From NCBI GenBank assembly GCA_046328905.1, contig JAXLVP010000001.1, forward strand, positions 46,731 to 110,730: DNA of 64,000 nt. Reading direction: 5' to 3'. The notes under the pieces are model-generated. The model made no database searches. It was not told the DNA's origin and worked only from the letters and a program-made list of their open reading frames with translations. Below, piece after piece: positions 18,484 to 28,287 of this stretch. This stretch comes from Bdellovibrionota bacterium. Lineage in GTDB: Bacteria > Bdellovibrionota_C > UBA2361 > SZUA-149 > CAZDWZ01. A program made the translations under genes and the position numbers. Position 1 is the stretch's first letter; every line of letters starts with the position of its first letter.

Positions 18484-20094
18484 TTACTGCGCGGGGACAG
18501 CGTCTTGCGCGAAGATGTAGCCTCGACGGCCTTGGTTCGAGCGTAACTCAAGCCACTGTCCCATACGCGAGACCACGTGAATCGTAGTATCACGTTCCAG
18601 TCTGGACACAGACGACGAGAGGAGCGAGGGGGCGGCCAGCACGTTCGTCGATGCGATGGTCTTGTAAAGCTGCGGCTCCGGAAATTCCTGAACTTCATAT
18701 GAGCGGAGGGGAGAACCGTCGAGGGCGCGACCCGCTTCCGGCGCCCCTGCAGGGTCCTGATCCTGTGGCGGTCCGTAGACCCGCCCGTCCGGTCCCACCT
18801 GAAGATTCGGGCGCGGCGGCGGAGGGGGCGTTCGATCGAGCCGATCAACCGGGATACTTGCTAGACCTGCCGGATCGAGACGCGGCGTTCGACGCGCGTC
18901 TACGGGAGCGGCTTGCACATCGTTGGTCTTCGGCCCGTCGATCGACGCGAGCTCGTCCGGCTGCGCCGGTTTGAGCTTCGAGGCTTCCTTCGAGCTGAGA
19001 GCCGCCTGGTCGACACCTGGGTCCTGGCTGAGCTCGTCTAGGCTCTTGTCACCGGGTTTCGGCGTCAGCTGTTTAATACGTTCGCCGATTTGATCTGCGC
19101 TTGTTCCCAGCGATTCGATCTTTCGGGCGAGCTTGTCATGAGCGTTCAGCTCTGCGTTCGGGAGCGACAGTTCGCCCGGCACCTCGACTCGCGTGGTCAT
19201 GGCCAGGACCAGCTCGCCTCCAGCGGACGAGTGCGGGGAGAAGAGGTCGTAAAGCGCCTTCAAGCCGAGGAAGCAGAACCCAGCCGCAATCAAGCCGACT
19301 GCAAGCGATTTGCGCGCGGTTTTCTTGCGCTCGAGCTCTTCCGAAGCAGCGGATCGATTGAGCGATGCGTCAGTTGTTCCAACCGGGACACTCGGGAGCG
19401 GTGTTATCTCCAGTTGGTTCATCTCGCGCTCTGCGAGAGGAGCACCGCCGTGCTCATCGTTCCGAGAAGCCTCCACCTCTGCCGCGGTGTAGATAGTTTT
19501 TGCGCTGAGCGGCTTTCGCTTCTCTTTCGGTTTTCGCTCCTTCGGAGGCTCCGGTGTCTTCGTGGCAAGCTGCTGCTCTTTTTGCTTCAAGCGGGCGATG
19601 TAGTCTTTGTTCTCTCGCCGTCCCTCGGCGCGGGCGATCTCTTCACGGAGATAGAGGAGCGTGTATGAATGTAGGTCAGCGGTTTGCGCACCGCTCAATC
19701 CTTCAGTCAGGCTCGCGAGCTCACCGGCATGTTCGAGGATAACCATTCCCAATCGGAGCGATCCCTTTTCAGCGAGCCGTGAAGTCAATGAAAGGAGTAC
19801 GCCGAGCGCAGGTCGTTGCAACCGCGTGTCGTTCTTAATCGTCGGGAAGATTTCGAGGAGCGGCGAGCTGAGGGCAGTCAGCGGAACCTGGTTGAGCTCG
19901 AGCTGAAGAGCTATCCACCACAAGCGCAGCTCGGAGTCCGATGGATTATGCTCGAGCTCCTGCTCGATAAGCTTGAGCGCCTCGGCGTAATTGCGCTCCC
20001 GAAACGGTGTGCTCCACGGCTGCACCGAGTCCGCGCTCGGGCGAACTTGCGCAAGCAAGCCGAGAAGGGAATCGGGGAGTCTCAATTTTTCCAT
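18484..20094 (-). CDS. hypothetical membrane protein with C-terminal SH3b-like domain
   Basis: 536 aa. Cytoplasmic helical N-region, Lys/Glu-rich linker, single TM (LAVGLIAAGFCFLGLKAL), Pro-rich region, C-terminal IHVVSRMGQWLELRSNQGRRGYIFAQDA resembling bacterial SH3. Confidence 0.55.
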   Translation of the reverse strand: MEKLRLPDSLLGLLAQVRPSADSVQPWSTPFRERNYAEALKLIEQELEHNPSDSELRLWWIALQLELNQVPLTALSSPLLEIFPTIKNDTRLQRPALGVLLSLTSRLAEKGSLRLGMVILEHAGELASLTEGLSGAQTADLHSYTLLYLREEIARAEGRRENKDYIARLKQKEQQLATKTPEPPKERKPKEKRKPLSAKTIYTAAEVEASRNDEHGGAPLAEREMNQLEITPLPSVPVGTTDASLNRSAASEELERKKTARKSLAVGLIAAGFCFLGLKALYDLFSPHSSAGGELVLAMTTRVEVPGELSLPNAELNAHDKLARKIESLGTSADQIGERIKQLTPKPGDKSLDELSQDPGVDQAALSSKEASKLKPAQPDELASIDGPKTNDVQAAPVDARRTPRLDPAGLASIPVDRLDRTPPPPPRPNLQVGPDGRVYGPPQDQDPAGAPEAGRALDGSPLRSYEVQEFPEPQLYKTIASTNVLAAPSLLSSSVSRLERDTTIHVVSRMGQWLELRSNQGRRGYIFAQDAVPAQ

Positions 20095-20256
20095 GAATCG
20101 GGTCGAGGGGCGCGTCGTGAAGCTGAAGAGTTTATATTATCACAGGGCCGGCCAAAGATTCGACGGGCTATCTCAGAGAATATATGCAACGTTTGGGGCG
20201 TCGGACGGCAAATAATCGGCGCTCCGACCTACGTTCCCAGTGCCTCCGGACTTAGG

Positions 20257-21462
20257 ATGCTCGAATTGCCCGATTTTTTCTTCCGCATGTGTCGACCTCT
20301 CTCCCGGCGATTCCTCCGTTCGGCCCTTTCCGCGGTTTCGGTGATTTTTCTCACCGGCTGCCTGAGCGTCGGGCTCCCGGAGCATTTTGCGGCCGGTCCA
20401 TTGCTCGGCTCTAATCTTTTCCAGGCTCCGGCGGGGCAGGGGGGCTCCGCAGACGTGGCTTGGGGCGGTGCGCGCATGAGACTCCAGCAGCTCGAGGCGC
20501 AAGGTCCGATTGCGCTCGTTATCGACGAGTCCCTGAATGGCGCTGAACCGAGCACGCTCGGACACCAATATCTGCTCGGTATCTTTCCTTTGACCTCCGT
20601 CTATTTCCAACACGGGGTGGAGAGGCAGGCTACCGAGCTCGTGGTCGATGCACTTCTCGAGAAAGGTTACCGCGTGGTGACTGCACCACCGTCCGCCGCC
20701 CCGAGCGCTGCCGCGCAAGTGCGACCGTCCGTAGTCATCCGTCCGCAGATTGTTGGCCTGCGCATCAATGGATTTGACGCAGTATTTTTTCGCATGCTCG
20801 ATCTCAGTGGTGAGCTCCGAGTTACGTTTCTGTCGCTCGATGCTGAACGTGAGGTTCGGGAGGTAAGAAGGTCCCTGGCTGAGACCCATTACAAGAAGTA
20901 TGCCCATGCGCCGCTCCTTGCGAATACGTTTCAACGCAAGGTTCGCTCTGCGCTCGAGGTTGCCCTCGCTTCCGAACCGACGCTGCGTCATAGCCGGCTG
21001 CTGAGCACAGCTGGAGCCGAAGCTGGCGCCGAGAGCTTCGTCGTTGTGGAGCTTCCGTATTACGTCAATCCACCGGCGCTCGGTATCGGGAAGTTTATCG
21101 CTGCATCATACGGCTATGATTCTGTGAGTGCGCTCAATAACCGAGCCCTCTCACGATTGATTCAGCGAGGAGTTGAAGTTGAGCTCTCCCGAGGGGGCAC
21201 GCCGTTCGCTTCGATTCAGTCGAGCGCTTTCCCTGTTCCGGATCACGCTCGCGCCCTCGGCATTGCGATTGAAGCTCTCGAGCTTGAAGAAGAGACGAAG
21301 CTCCACCTGAGAACGCGATTCACCTCGGCGTCTGGGGCTCAAATCTGTGAAGCACACGAGCCGATGGCAGAGCATGTTGACGGGGCTTGGGTCGTAACCT
21401 TGGAAAACGCTGCGATGCACGCGTTCGAAAAATACCGAGCGGGGGAGTGTGGCGATGGCTGA
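20257..21462 (+). CDS. hypothetical lipoprotein
   Basis: Start moved to ATG 20257 (MLELPDFFFRMCRPLSRRFLRSALSAVSVIFLTGC: signal peptide + LTGC lipobox). The upstream part of ORF 19816.. overlaps the divergent gene. Confidence 0.55.
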   Translation: MLELPDFFFRMCRPLSRRFLRSALSAVSVIFLTGCLSVGLPEHFAAGPLLGSNLFQAPAGQGGSADVAWGGARMRLQQLEAQGPIALVIDESLNGAEPSTLGHQYLLGIFPLTSVYFQHGVERQATELVVDALLEKGYRVVTAPPSAAPSAAAQVRPSVVIRPQIVGLRINGFDAVFFRMLDLSGELRVTFLSLDAEREVREVRRSLAETHYKKYAHAPLLANTFQRKVRSALEVALASEPTLRHSRLLSTAGAEAGAESFVVVELPYYVNPPALGIGKFIAASYGYDSVSALNNRALSRLIQRGVEVELSRGGTPFASIQSSAFPVPDHARALGIAIEALELEEETKLHLRTRFTSASGAQICEAHEPMAEHVDGAWVVTLENAAMHAFEKYRAGECGDG

Positions 21463-21480
21463 AAACAGGAAGCCGCGGCG

Positions 21481-22008
21481 CTATTGGCGCCGATACGAAT
21501 CGTAGCGGCTGATCTCTCTGCACGAACCGGAGCCAACTGTAGGCTCGTCACTTCGCTCACTGAACTCCCAATACGATTTTGCAGCTACTCGAGCTTCGCT
21601 CGAATATGCATCGATATCGATCGTAACAAGATACGGCCTCCCGGCTCGCGTGACGACGTTTCCATCGCAAACCCCTCGAAGAGTCGTCACCAGGCAATCG
21701 GTTCTGCCGTCGTGCGGAAGACCCGAGCAATCGTTCAGCTCAAGCTGATAGCTGACCTGAAATGGGTGATCCCCCGGCAAAACGTCAACAGAGGTCGCGA
21801 CGAAACCGAGTGCCTTCCCGTCCACGAGGATGCGCTCCAGATTGGTTGTGCCGGTGGGATGAAAGGAGATGTTGGAAACCTGCTCTTTGGGAAGCTCAGG
21901 CCCGGAGTAGCCTTGGGTCGTGCATCCGGCGGATCCGAGGCTCCACGCAAGCAGCATTCCCGGAAAAGCAAAACGCCCGAAGGAAGATGAGTGCCGTGTC
22001 TGCCGCAT
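21481..22008 (-). CDS. hypothetical lipoprotein
   Basis: MRQTRHSSSFGRFAFPGMLLAWSLGSAGC: signal peptide with lipobox. Cys-rich mature part. Convergent with previous gene. Confidence 0.5.
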   Translation of the reverse strand: MRQTRHSSSFGRFAFPGMLLAWSLGSAGCTTQGYSGPELPKEQVSNISFHPTGTTNLERILVDGKALGFVATSVDVLPGDHPFQVSYQLELNDCSGLPHDGRTDCLVTTLRGVCDGNVVTRAGRPYLVTIDIDAYSSEARVAAKSYWEFSERSDEPTVGSGSCREISRYDSYRRQ

Positions 22009-22112
22009 GTCAAAGGGGTAGCCTGGCCCCATGTTTTGGGTCAACTCAAATCCGTTTTTAACGGGAATGGTCTCCGTTTACTTCACCCGTTTTTGATAGT
22101 ACATCTCGTTCG

Positions 22113-22715
22113 ATGCAATACAGCCGCAAACACATTTTGCTCCTGAGCTTCCTGCTCGAAGGCTGTTTGACGTTGGTCTTTTTCGTTTGGGCCGCTTATC
22201 GTGGCATCACCTTCCCAATCTGTCCCGATTGGAATGAAGTTACCCTCGGGCTGCTCTTCTGCGCCCCTCTATTTGCGCTCAACTATTTACTGTTTGGACC
22301 GCTCAGTGAACGCGTTCCGTTTCTGCGTTCCTGCTACGAGTTCCGGGACCGGATTGTGCGTCCCCTGGCGGAAGCGCTCGACCTGTGGAGCAGTGCTGCC
22401 GTGTCGCTGTGCGCGGGTATCGGTGAGGAGCTTTTTTTTCGCGGGGTGATTCAGACGGAATTCGGCATCTTCGTGGCCAGCGTCTTTTTTTCGCTGCTTC
22501 ACTTCGGTCCGGCCGTTCGAAAATACGTCTTTATCGCCACTCTTTACGTTGGGATTGGTTATTATTTTGGCATTATTTGTCTTGGGAATCACAGCCTTTG
22601 GGTCCCGATCATCGCACATGCTGCGTACGACTTCATCGCGCTGCTCTACATACAGCGTTCGTCGTTTCCCTCCAGCGCGAACATTCACTCCAGTCGCGCG
22701 AGCTACTCGCTTTGA
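22113..22715 (+). CDS. CPBP family intramembrane glutamic endopeptidase (CAAX protease-like)
   Basis: Motifs GEELFFRGV (EExxxR), FSLLHFG (FxxxH), HAAYDF (HxxxD), multiple TM helices. Confidence 0.75.
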   Translation: MQYSRKHILLLSFLLEGCLTLVFFVWAAYRGITFPICPDWNEVTLGLLFCAPLFALNYLLFGPLSERVPFLRSCYEFRDRIVRPLAEALDLWSSAAVSLCAGIGEELFFRGVIQTEFGIFVASVFFSLLHFGPAVRKYVFIATLYVGIGYYFGIICLGNHSLWVPIIAHAAYDFIALLYIQRSSFPSSANIHSSRASYSL

Positions 22716-22885
22716 TGAGTTTGTCGTTTAACTAACTAAAAACTGCAGTAGCTTTTCGCGCCTCAAGCCGATTCATAAACATCAGAATGTTAGGAGTCGG
22801 TTTCTAAGATCATACGCTGAGAAACCGGCTGGCGTGAGAGCATCCGCTAGTTTACAGTTCAAATTATCGCGACGTTTTTTTTAAG

Positions 22886-23659
22886 GTGCAAAGTTTTGTG
22901 ATGAAGTTGCGAGAGCGGGTTTTCCAAACTTGTCTGCGCGCTTGTCTCCGGTGCCCACAATTTTTCCGACACCGTCATCCTTCGTGCACCTGCATCAGCC
23001 TCTTTCTTCTCTCTCTTCTCTCGCTCCCTTGCGCTGCACGTGCTGATGGTCCGCGCTCTGCTGCGGACCCGGCATCTCGCGCTCGGCTTTTCAACGGCAG
23101 CGCTTTTGTGAAAGCGGAGCAGCGGCACAGAGGCTCGCGAACCGAACGCCAAAGCAATTCCGATTTTGGAACGAGTGTCGTGAGCGACGCTGCGGAGCTC
23201 GACACGGTCACCGAAATTCTCGAGGACCATCGCAGCGGCGCCGACTTCTTTGCAGACTATCGCACCCCATTTTATCTCTCGTACGTCTCCGAGGTAGTGC
23301 CCATCGGAGATTTCGAAGATTGGGATTCTCGATCGACTGCCCAGAAGGTTTTTATTTATCAAGCCGCTACCACTCTCTCAAAAGCGATTGTGAACTCTGC
23401 TCTGGAACCGCTCTATCGAGACGTTCTGGATGGGCTTCGATGGTTCGGCGATTACACTTCGCTACGATTCAGACAGAAAGACGACGGCTCGCTCCGCGTG
23501 GGGAACACGAAGAGCGGTGAAAAGCCGCTGTTCGAGCTCAAGCTCAATGTGAGCGCGAACAACGGCGTCGAGCCGCGGTTAAAAATCGGCAGGGATTTCT
23601 GCCTGCGTTACGACGTAATTCACGATGAGACCGTGATGGAGTTTCGTCGTAATTTCTGA
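22886..23659 (+). CDS. hypothetical secreted protein
   Basis: Hydrophobic signal-like segment ISLFLLSLLSLPCAARA. Start uncertain (GTG 22886, or GTG 22898 / ATG 22901 after aaggtg). Confidence 0.45.
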   Translation: MQSFVMKLRERVFQTCLRACLRCPQFFRHRHPSCTCISLFLLSLLSLPCAARADGPRSAADPASRARLFNGSAFVKAEQRHRGSRTERQSNSDFGTSVVSDAAELDTVTEILEDHRSGADFFADYRTPFYLSYVSEVVPIGDFEDWDSRSTAQKVFIYQAATTLSKAIVNSALEPLYRDVLDGLRWFGDYTSLRFRQKDDGSLRVGNTKSGEKPLFELKLNVSANNGVEPRLKIGRDFCLRYDVIHDETVMEFRRNF

Positions 23660-23895
23660 GCCCTTCTCGGCTCTCTCTCGCGCCTTCCGTATTCCCGCGA
23701 GTGTTGTTGCATCAACCAACCACTTCTGATTAACTCTGCCTTCGATTTCGGGCATTTGACGATGTAATCGAATGCCTCGACGAAACGTCCTATTCCTGCG
23801 GACGCGCCGCCTCAAGGAACGTTTCTGATTTGATCGTTTTCGTTATGGCGCTCTCAGATTTCGGCGTCTGCATTTACACTAGAAGAGGAAAACTC

Positions 23896-25629
23896 ATGAT
23901 ACACCGTCGTTCTCGAGTTGTTCGCAACTCAGTTGTTTTGTCCGGTCTTCTCCTCGGCGCATCTTGTCTCACGATCGGCTGCTCCAAGGATGAGAAGAAA
24001 GCGGCAGAGCAGCAATCCGGGATCTCTCCCGTCAAATCCGCGAAGGAGATCGATCTCTCGAAATCACTCGTCAGCTATCTTCCAGATCAAACTGTCGGAT
24101 TCTTCCTCTGGGAAGGAAAACATCCCGCATACAAGAAGCTCATGGATTCTCCTTGGGCAAGCGGCCAGAACGATATCTCGAAGGTCCTCAACGAATCGAA
24201 TCCGGAGCTCGATCAGCTGAAAGATCTGCTGAAGAAAGTCGGAATCGACGCAAACGACAAGGAAACATGGCGAGCGCTTTTCAGCGAAGCAGCGGTTTTC
24301 GCTACCGGAGGACCGAGCGCCGACAAAGCAGCGGCTCTTGGCGTAGTATTCCGTGCCGACCCGAGCGCGAAGCTGTCTGACAAGATGACGGCTTTGAGAA
24401 ACGCGCTGAAACAGGATGCTCAGGTAGAGACTGCCGACCTCAAGGTATCCAAGGGCAGTGGGTTCAGCCTCAAGAAGAAAGATGCCGAGCCCGGTTCGCT
24501 CGACAAGGTCTATGTCGGATGGAACCAAGATACCGGCGTCGTCGGATCGAGCGAATGGGTCGTCGACAATTCGCTTTCCGCTCCCGGCGGAAAGGTGCCT
24601 GCGCTCGTGGGCTCGGATCAGTTCGCCAAGGCAGCAAAAGGGCTGCCACAGGATGAAGATCGTTTCGCTACCGGCTACGTCGATGTAGCGAAGCTGCTCG
24701 AAGTCGCCGCAAAAATCAGCCCGAGCTCATCTGCAGTTCCGCCGAATGAAGTTCCTGTGAAGGCGGTCTCGTTTGCGATGGCGATGGATGAGGCACCACA
24801 GTCGAGCCTGAGAATGATCTACGACCCGGCTGATAAATCGAAGAACCAGTGGCTGGGCGCGCTCAACGCTTCTTCGTCGAGCAGCCTGCTCCAAGCGATG
24901 CCGAACAAGCCGCTCGTTTTCCTGAGCCTTGATGGACAGACGCTGAAGAAGGCGAAAGAGATCGGTCTTCAGAGCGCAGGCCCCGCTGGGAAGGCGTATG
25001 CGAGCCAGCTTGCGTTTCTGGACAACATCAAGCGTGTCGGTCTTGCAGCTCGACCGGCTGCCCCGGGAAAATCCATGATCCCGATGCCTGACATCCTCTT
25101 GGTGCTCGAAAGCTCAGGAGCGGCTTCCACTGAGTCGCAGTTGAAGCAGATCCTCGGCGGCGTAGCTCAGGGAATGGGTATGCCGGGGATGCAGTGGAGC
25201 GAAAAGCAGATCGCCGGCGTTCCGGTGAAGTCGATGGTTTCACCGTTTGGCGTCGGAATCTTCCTCGCTTCGAACAAGGACCTTGTCATCGTGTCTTCTT
25301 CCGAGGCCCAGATGCAGGGTGCTCTCTCCGGTTCGACCACAGGAACGTTTGCCGCTGGGATGCCGGCACGTGTCGAGCAGGTCTTCGCGAAGGAGCAGAC
25401 ACTCGGAAACATCTACGTGAACTTCGAAGAGGTTGGAACAATGATGGAATCCATGGGCGGTATGCTCGCAATGTACGCTCCGCCGAATGGCGATGCGAAC
25501 AAGCTTCTCGAAGCGAAGAATATCGAGTCGATCAAGAAGATGGGCACGGTCGTCGGTTCGGTGAAGCTCGAGGACGGCGCAATTGGAGTTGATAGTTACT
25601 ATCAACAGCCTGCGAAGCCGACGGCTTAA
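23896..25629 (+). CDS. hypothetical lipoprotein (577 aa)
   Basis: MIHRRSRVVRNSVVLSGLLLGASCLTIGCSKDEKK: signal + lipobox. Start at ATG 23896 after gaggaa RBS. Followed by strong terminator. Confidence 0.6.
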   Translation: MIHRRSRVVRNSVVLSGLLLGASCLTIGCSKDEKKAAEQQSGISPVKSAKEIDLSKSLVSYLPDQTVGFFLWEGKHPAYKKLMDSPWASGQNDISKVLNESNPELDQLKDLLKKVGIDANDKETWRALFSEAAVFATGGPSADKAAALGVVFRADPSAKLSDKMTALRNALKQDAQVETADLKVSKGSGFSLKKKDAEPGSLDKVYVGWNQDTGVVGSSEWVVDNSLSAPGGKVPALVGSDQFAKAAKGLPQDEDRFATGYVDVAKLLEVAAKISPSSSAVPPNEVPVKAVSFAMAMDEAPQSSLRMIYDPADKSKNQWLGALNASSSSSLLQAMPNKPLVFLSLDGQTLKKAKEIGLQSAGPAGKAYASQLAFLDNIKRVGLAARPAAPGKSMIPMPDILLVLESSGAASTESQLKQILGGVAQGMGMPGMQWSEKQIAGVPVKSMVSPFGVGIFLASNKDLVIVSSSEAQMQGALSGSTTGTFAAGMPARVEQVFAKEQTLGNIYVNFEEVGTMMESMGGMLAMYAPPNGDANKLLEAKNIESIKKMGTVVGSVKLEDGAIGVDSYYQQPAKPTA

Positions 25630-25648
25630 CGGCGCGCTTCTTCGCTGA

Positions 25649-25691
25649 GGCGGGGCTCTGGGACGCATGTTCTCGGAGCCCCGCTTTTTTT
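25649..25691 (+). terminator. Rho-independent terminator
   Basis: ggcggggctc ...16 nt... gagccccgc followed by T8, 20 nt after lipoprotein stop. Confidence 0.7.
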
Positions 25692-25814
25692 TGCCCGACA
25701 GCATTAGGGCATAAAAACAGTCAGTAAAATCCAATTCGTTGCGGCCCAACTTGCCCCCGCGGCATCACAATTAAGACCGCTTCGGTCAGGTTATATCAGT
25801 TATTAGGTGCAGCA

Positions 25815-26024
25815 ATGAACAGCGTAGAAAAGCTCCAAGAGATCTCACTCCGTCTCGACCACATGCAATCTGCTGGAGATTGGCTTGCTCGGAGCCTAGT
25901 GCACACTGACAGCGCCGCGTCTCACACCGGAACGCTCATCACGGTTCTTACAGAAGACATCCGGGAACGACTGCTGGAGCTCGTTACAGAGCTCGAAAAG
26001 CAGGCATATATCGCTACTCGGTAA
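25815..26024 (+). CDS. small hypothetical protein (69 aa)
   Basis: ORF with aggtg RBS 7 nt upstream. Helical, charged, no motif recognised. Confidence 0.35.
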   Translation: MNSVEKLQEISLRLDHMQSAGDWLARSLVHTDSAASHTGTLITVLTEDIRERLLELVTELEKQAYIATR

Positions 26025-26181
26025 CCGAACCGGCTCTGGCGGGCAGTCGATCCGCCACCGCGTATTTCCCCATTATTCCGCTAATCTAGGTCGATTACGA
26101 AGCGACCCCACGTACCCCGCGGATAGGTGTTTGAGTGTGGACGTTGGTTGGTGGTGTGTTCGTAGCAGTAAGGTAAGTCGG

Positions 26182-26583
26182 ATGGCCCTCGGGTTGAATA
26201 AAGTGGAAGCGGCGGCGGTTGGAGGTTACTACCCGGTGGGCGATATGGCCCAAACTCTTCCGGGGGCACAGCGAGCTTTTGCCGTAGGATGTGTTCTGGT
26301 GCTGATGCAAGCTCTGGACGGTCTTTTAACCTCGCTCGGAGTCAGCCGCTACGGAGTTGCTGTCGAAGGAAATCCATTGCTGCGGACGCTGATGGAGCAG
26401 TTCGGGCATGTGCCGATTCTCGGCCTCGTCAAAGTCATCGCGATTCTTTTTGTGATTGCCCTTAGCTACTACGCAAAGCGCCTTCCCTGGGTGCAGAACG
26501 CGATGGGCGCAATCTCGTGCATCTATCTGTTCACTGCGATCATTCCCTGGACCTACATCCTCTTCTTCTCGTCTCGGATGTAA
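26182..26583 (+). CDS. small membrane protein with conserved E-G-N-P-L motif (DUF5658-like)
   Basis: Start placed at ATG 26182 after aaggtaag RBS. Two to three TM helices and AVEGNPLLRTL motif that I associate with the DUF5658 family (from memory). Confidence 0.5.
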   Translation: MALGLNKVEAAAVGGYYPVGDMAQTLPGAQRAFAVGCVLVLMQALDGLLTSLGVSRYGVAVEGNPLLRTLMEQFGHVPILGLVKVIAILFVIALSYYAKRLPWVQNAMGAISCIYLFTAIIPWTYILFFSSRM

Positions 26584-26764
26584 GCGAAATCGCGTGCGGC
26601 TTGCGGATTTTCGCCGGGCGGGGTTATTCTGAAATTGGTGAGAGATCCGGGCCGCCCATCGGGTTCCTGTCATTCGATTCGCCGTCGCCCGGCTTGCAAA
26701 CGATGCGCAGCATGTTTGCTCTCTTCTCCGGAACAAGCTGGTTATCATGAAGCGTTGAGCATTT

Positions 26765-27250
26765 ATGCGCATAACACAATGGGGTGAGTACGGAGTTCTC
26801 TTCTCCGCCTATATCGCGCGATGTGCCGCGAACGGTGCGAAGATGGTGGGTGCCGCGGAGATCGCGAGCGCGCAGGGAGTTGATCTTCAATATGCACAGC
26901 AGATTCTGCAACGATTGCGGCGCGGGGGCATTATCGACAGCGTTCGTGGGCCTGCCGGCGGCTATCATCTTTGTCGGAACGCCAATGAGCTCACGTTGCT
27001 GGATATTCTCGTCGCCGCTGAAGGCGACACCTTCGAGGTGATTTGCGATACGAAACCGATTGGTGCGGAAAGGTGCATGCCCGGCAACGAGTGCGGGCTA
27101 CGCACTATCTGGTTCGATCTTCGTGATCACGTGAATTCTTTTCTGATGCGCTATACGCTCGAGGATCTCGCTAAGCTCCCGAACGGAACGTTCTGTGGGG
27201 CTCAGGAGCATGACGACGCTCCGATCAAGATCGGTGGCCGTTCCCTGTGA
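26765..27250 (+). CDS. Rrf2 family transcriptional regulator (three-Cys, likely Fe-S binding)
   Basis: N-terminal wHTH, conserved GPAGGYHL motif, Cys triad C-x9-C-x5-C (CDTKPIGAERCMPGNEC). Confidence 0.8.
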   Translation: MRITQWGEYGVLFSAYIARCAANGAKMVGAAEIASAQGVDLQYAQQILQRLRRGGIIDSVRGPAGGYHLCRNANELTLLDILVAAEGDTFEVICDTKPIGAERCMPGNECGLRTIWFDLRDHVNSFLMRYTLEDLAKLPNGTFCGAQEHDDAPIKIGGRSL

Positions 27251-28287
27251 TGGCCGGCTTTCTCGCGGCCTGGTCAGTCCAGGTCTGGGAAGTAATTCTC
27301 GAGAGCGGTTGGTGGCTCCTGCTCGGATTGGGCATTGCTGCCGTGTTGCGCCGTGCTGTCCCATCCTCGCTAATCGAAAGACATCTTCAAGCGCCAGGTC
27401 TCGGCTCGATCTTGAAAGCCTCAGCCGCCGGCGTGCCGCTTCCGCTGTGCTCATGCAGCGTGATTCCGGTTGCTGTTGCGCTCAGGAGACAGGGCGCGGG
27501 GAGGGGGGCTACGGCGAGCTTTCTTGTGAGCACACCGGAGATCGGAGTTGACTCGTTTCTGCTGAGCTGGGGATTGCTCGGTTATCCTATTGCCGTCCTG
27601 CGTGCGGTTGCCGCTTTCGTTTCCGCGGTCGTTGTCGGACTGCTCGTAGAACGGGCTCCGGACGATTCGCTCGTAAAGCCGGTAACAGCTGACGCGGGGC
27701 ACTGCTGTTGTTGCGAAGCTGGGGAACAACCTGAGCAGGCAGCATCACACGGTCTTCTTCATTCGTTTCTCGACCTTCTCGATGACATCGCGCCGTCGCT
27801 CACAATCGGGTTCCTTCTTTCGGGTCTCGTCGCTACGATTGTGCCGGTCGACTTTTTTACTTCGCTCGGTCTGAACCGGTTCCTTCTCATGCTGCTCATG
27901 CTCGTCGTCAGCATTCCGACATATGTGTGCGCGTCCGCGTCGACTGCACTTGTAGCGGCGTTGATGGCTCGCGGGCTTTCAGTCGGGCCGGCGCTGGTAT
28001 TCCTCCTTGCCGGCCCAGCTTCGAACACGGCAACAATCCTCGTCGTGCGCTCAGAGCTCGGACGGGCTGCGGCTGTGCGGTACGTGCTCGGGATCGCCGT
28101 CGTGACCCTCCTGATCGGAGCTGTCGCGGACTCGATCATGGCGTCTGAGGGCGCCGCCATCGCTGCAGCGCATCATCACCCTGACGGATATTTGTCCGCG
28201 ATCGGAGGTATTGCTTGTGTCGCGCTCCTGCTCACGAGCATCTACCGGCGCGCGCACCGGAAGTCGCAGCGGCAAGTGAAAGGTTAG
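27247..28287 (+). CDS. DUF318/YraQ/ArsP-type permease with Cys-rich metal-binding motifs
   Basis: ATGA overlap with Rrf2 stop. Eight or more TM helices. LPLCSCSVIP motif reminiscent of ArsP/DUF318 TPFCSCS. Cytoplasmic loop HCCCCEAGE, His-rich C-terminus (AAAHHHPDG). Confidence 0.7.
   Translation: MMAGFLAAWSVQVWEVILESGWWLLLGLGIAAVLRRAVPSSLIERHLQAPGLGSILKASAAGVPLPLCSCSVIPVAVALRRQGAGRGATASFLVSTPEIGVDSFLLSWGLLGYPIAVLRAVAAFVSAVVVGLLVERAPDDSLVKPVTADAGHCCCCEAGEQPEQAASHGLLHSFLDLLDDIAPSLTIGFLLSGLVATIVPVDFFTSLGLNRFLLMLLMLVVSIPTYVCASASTALVAALMARGLSVGPALVFLLAGPASNTATILVVRSELGRAAAVRYVLGIAVVTLLIGAVADSIMASEGAAIAAAHHHPDGYLSAIGGIACVALLLTSIYRRAHRKSQRQVKG

Noticed and set aside
20173-20991. 272-aa minus-strand ORF
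   Set aside because: Antisense to the 401-aa lipoprotein gene, which has a signal peptide plus lipobox. The antisense product is Arg/Gly-rich.
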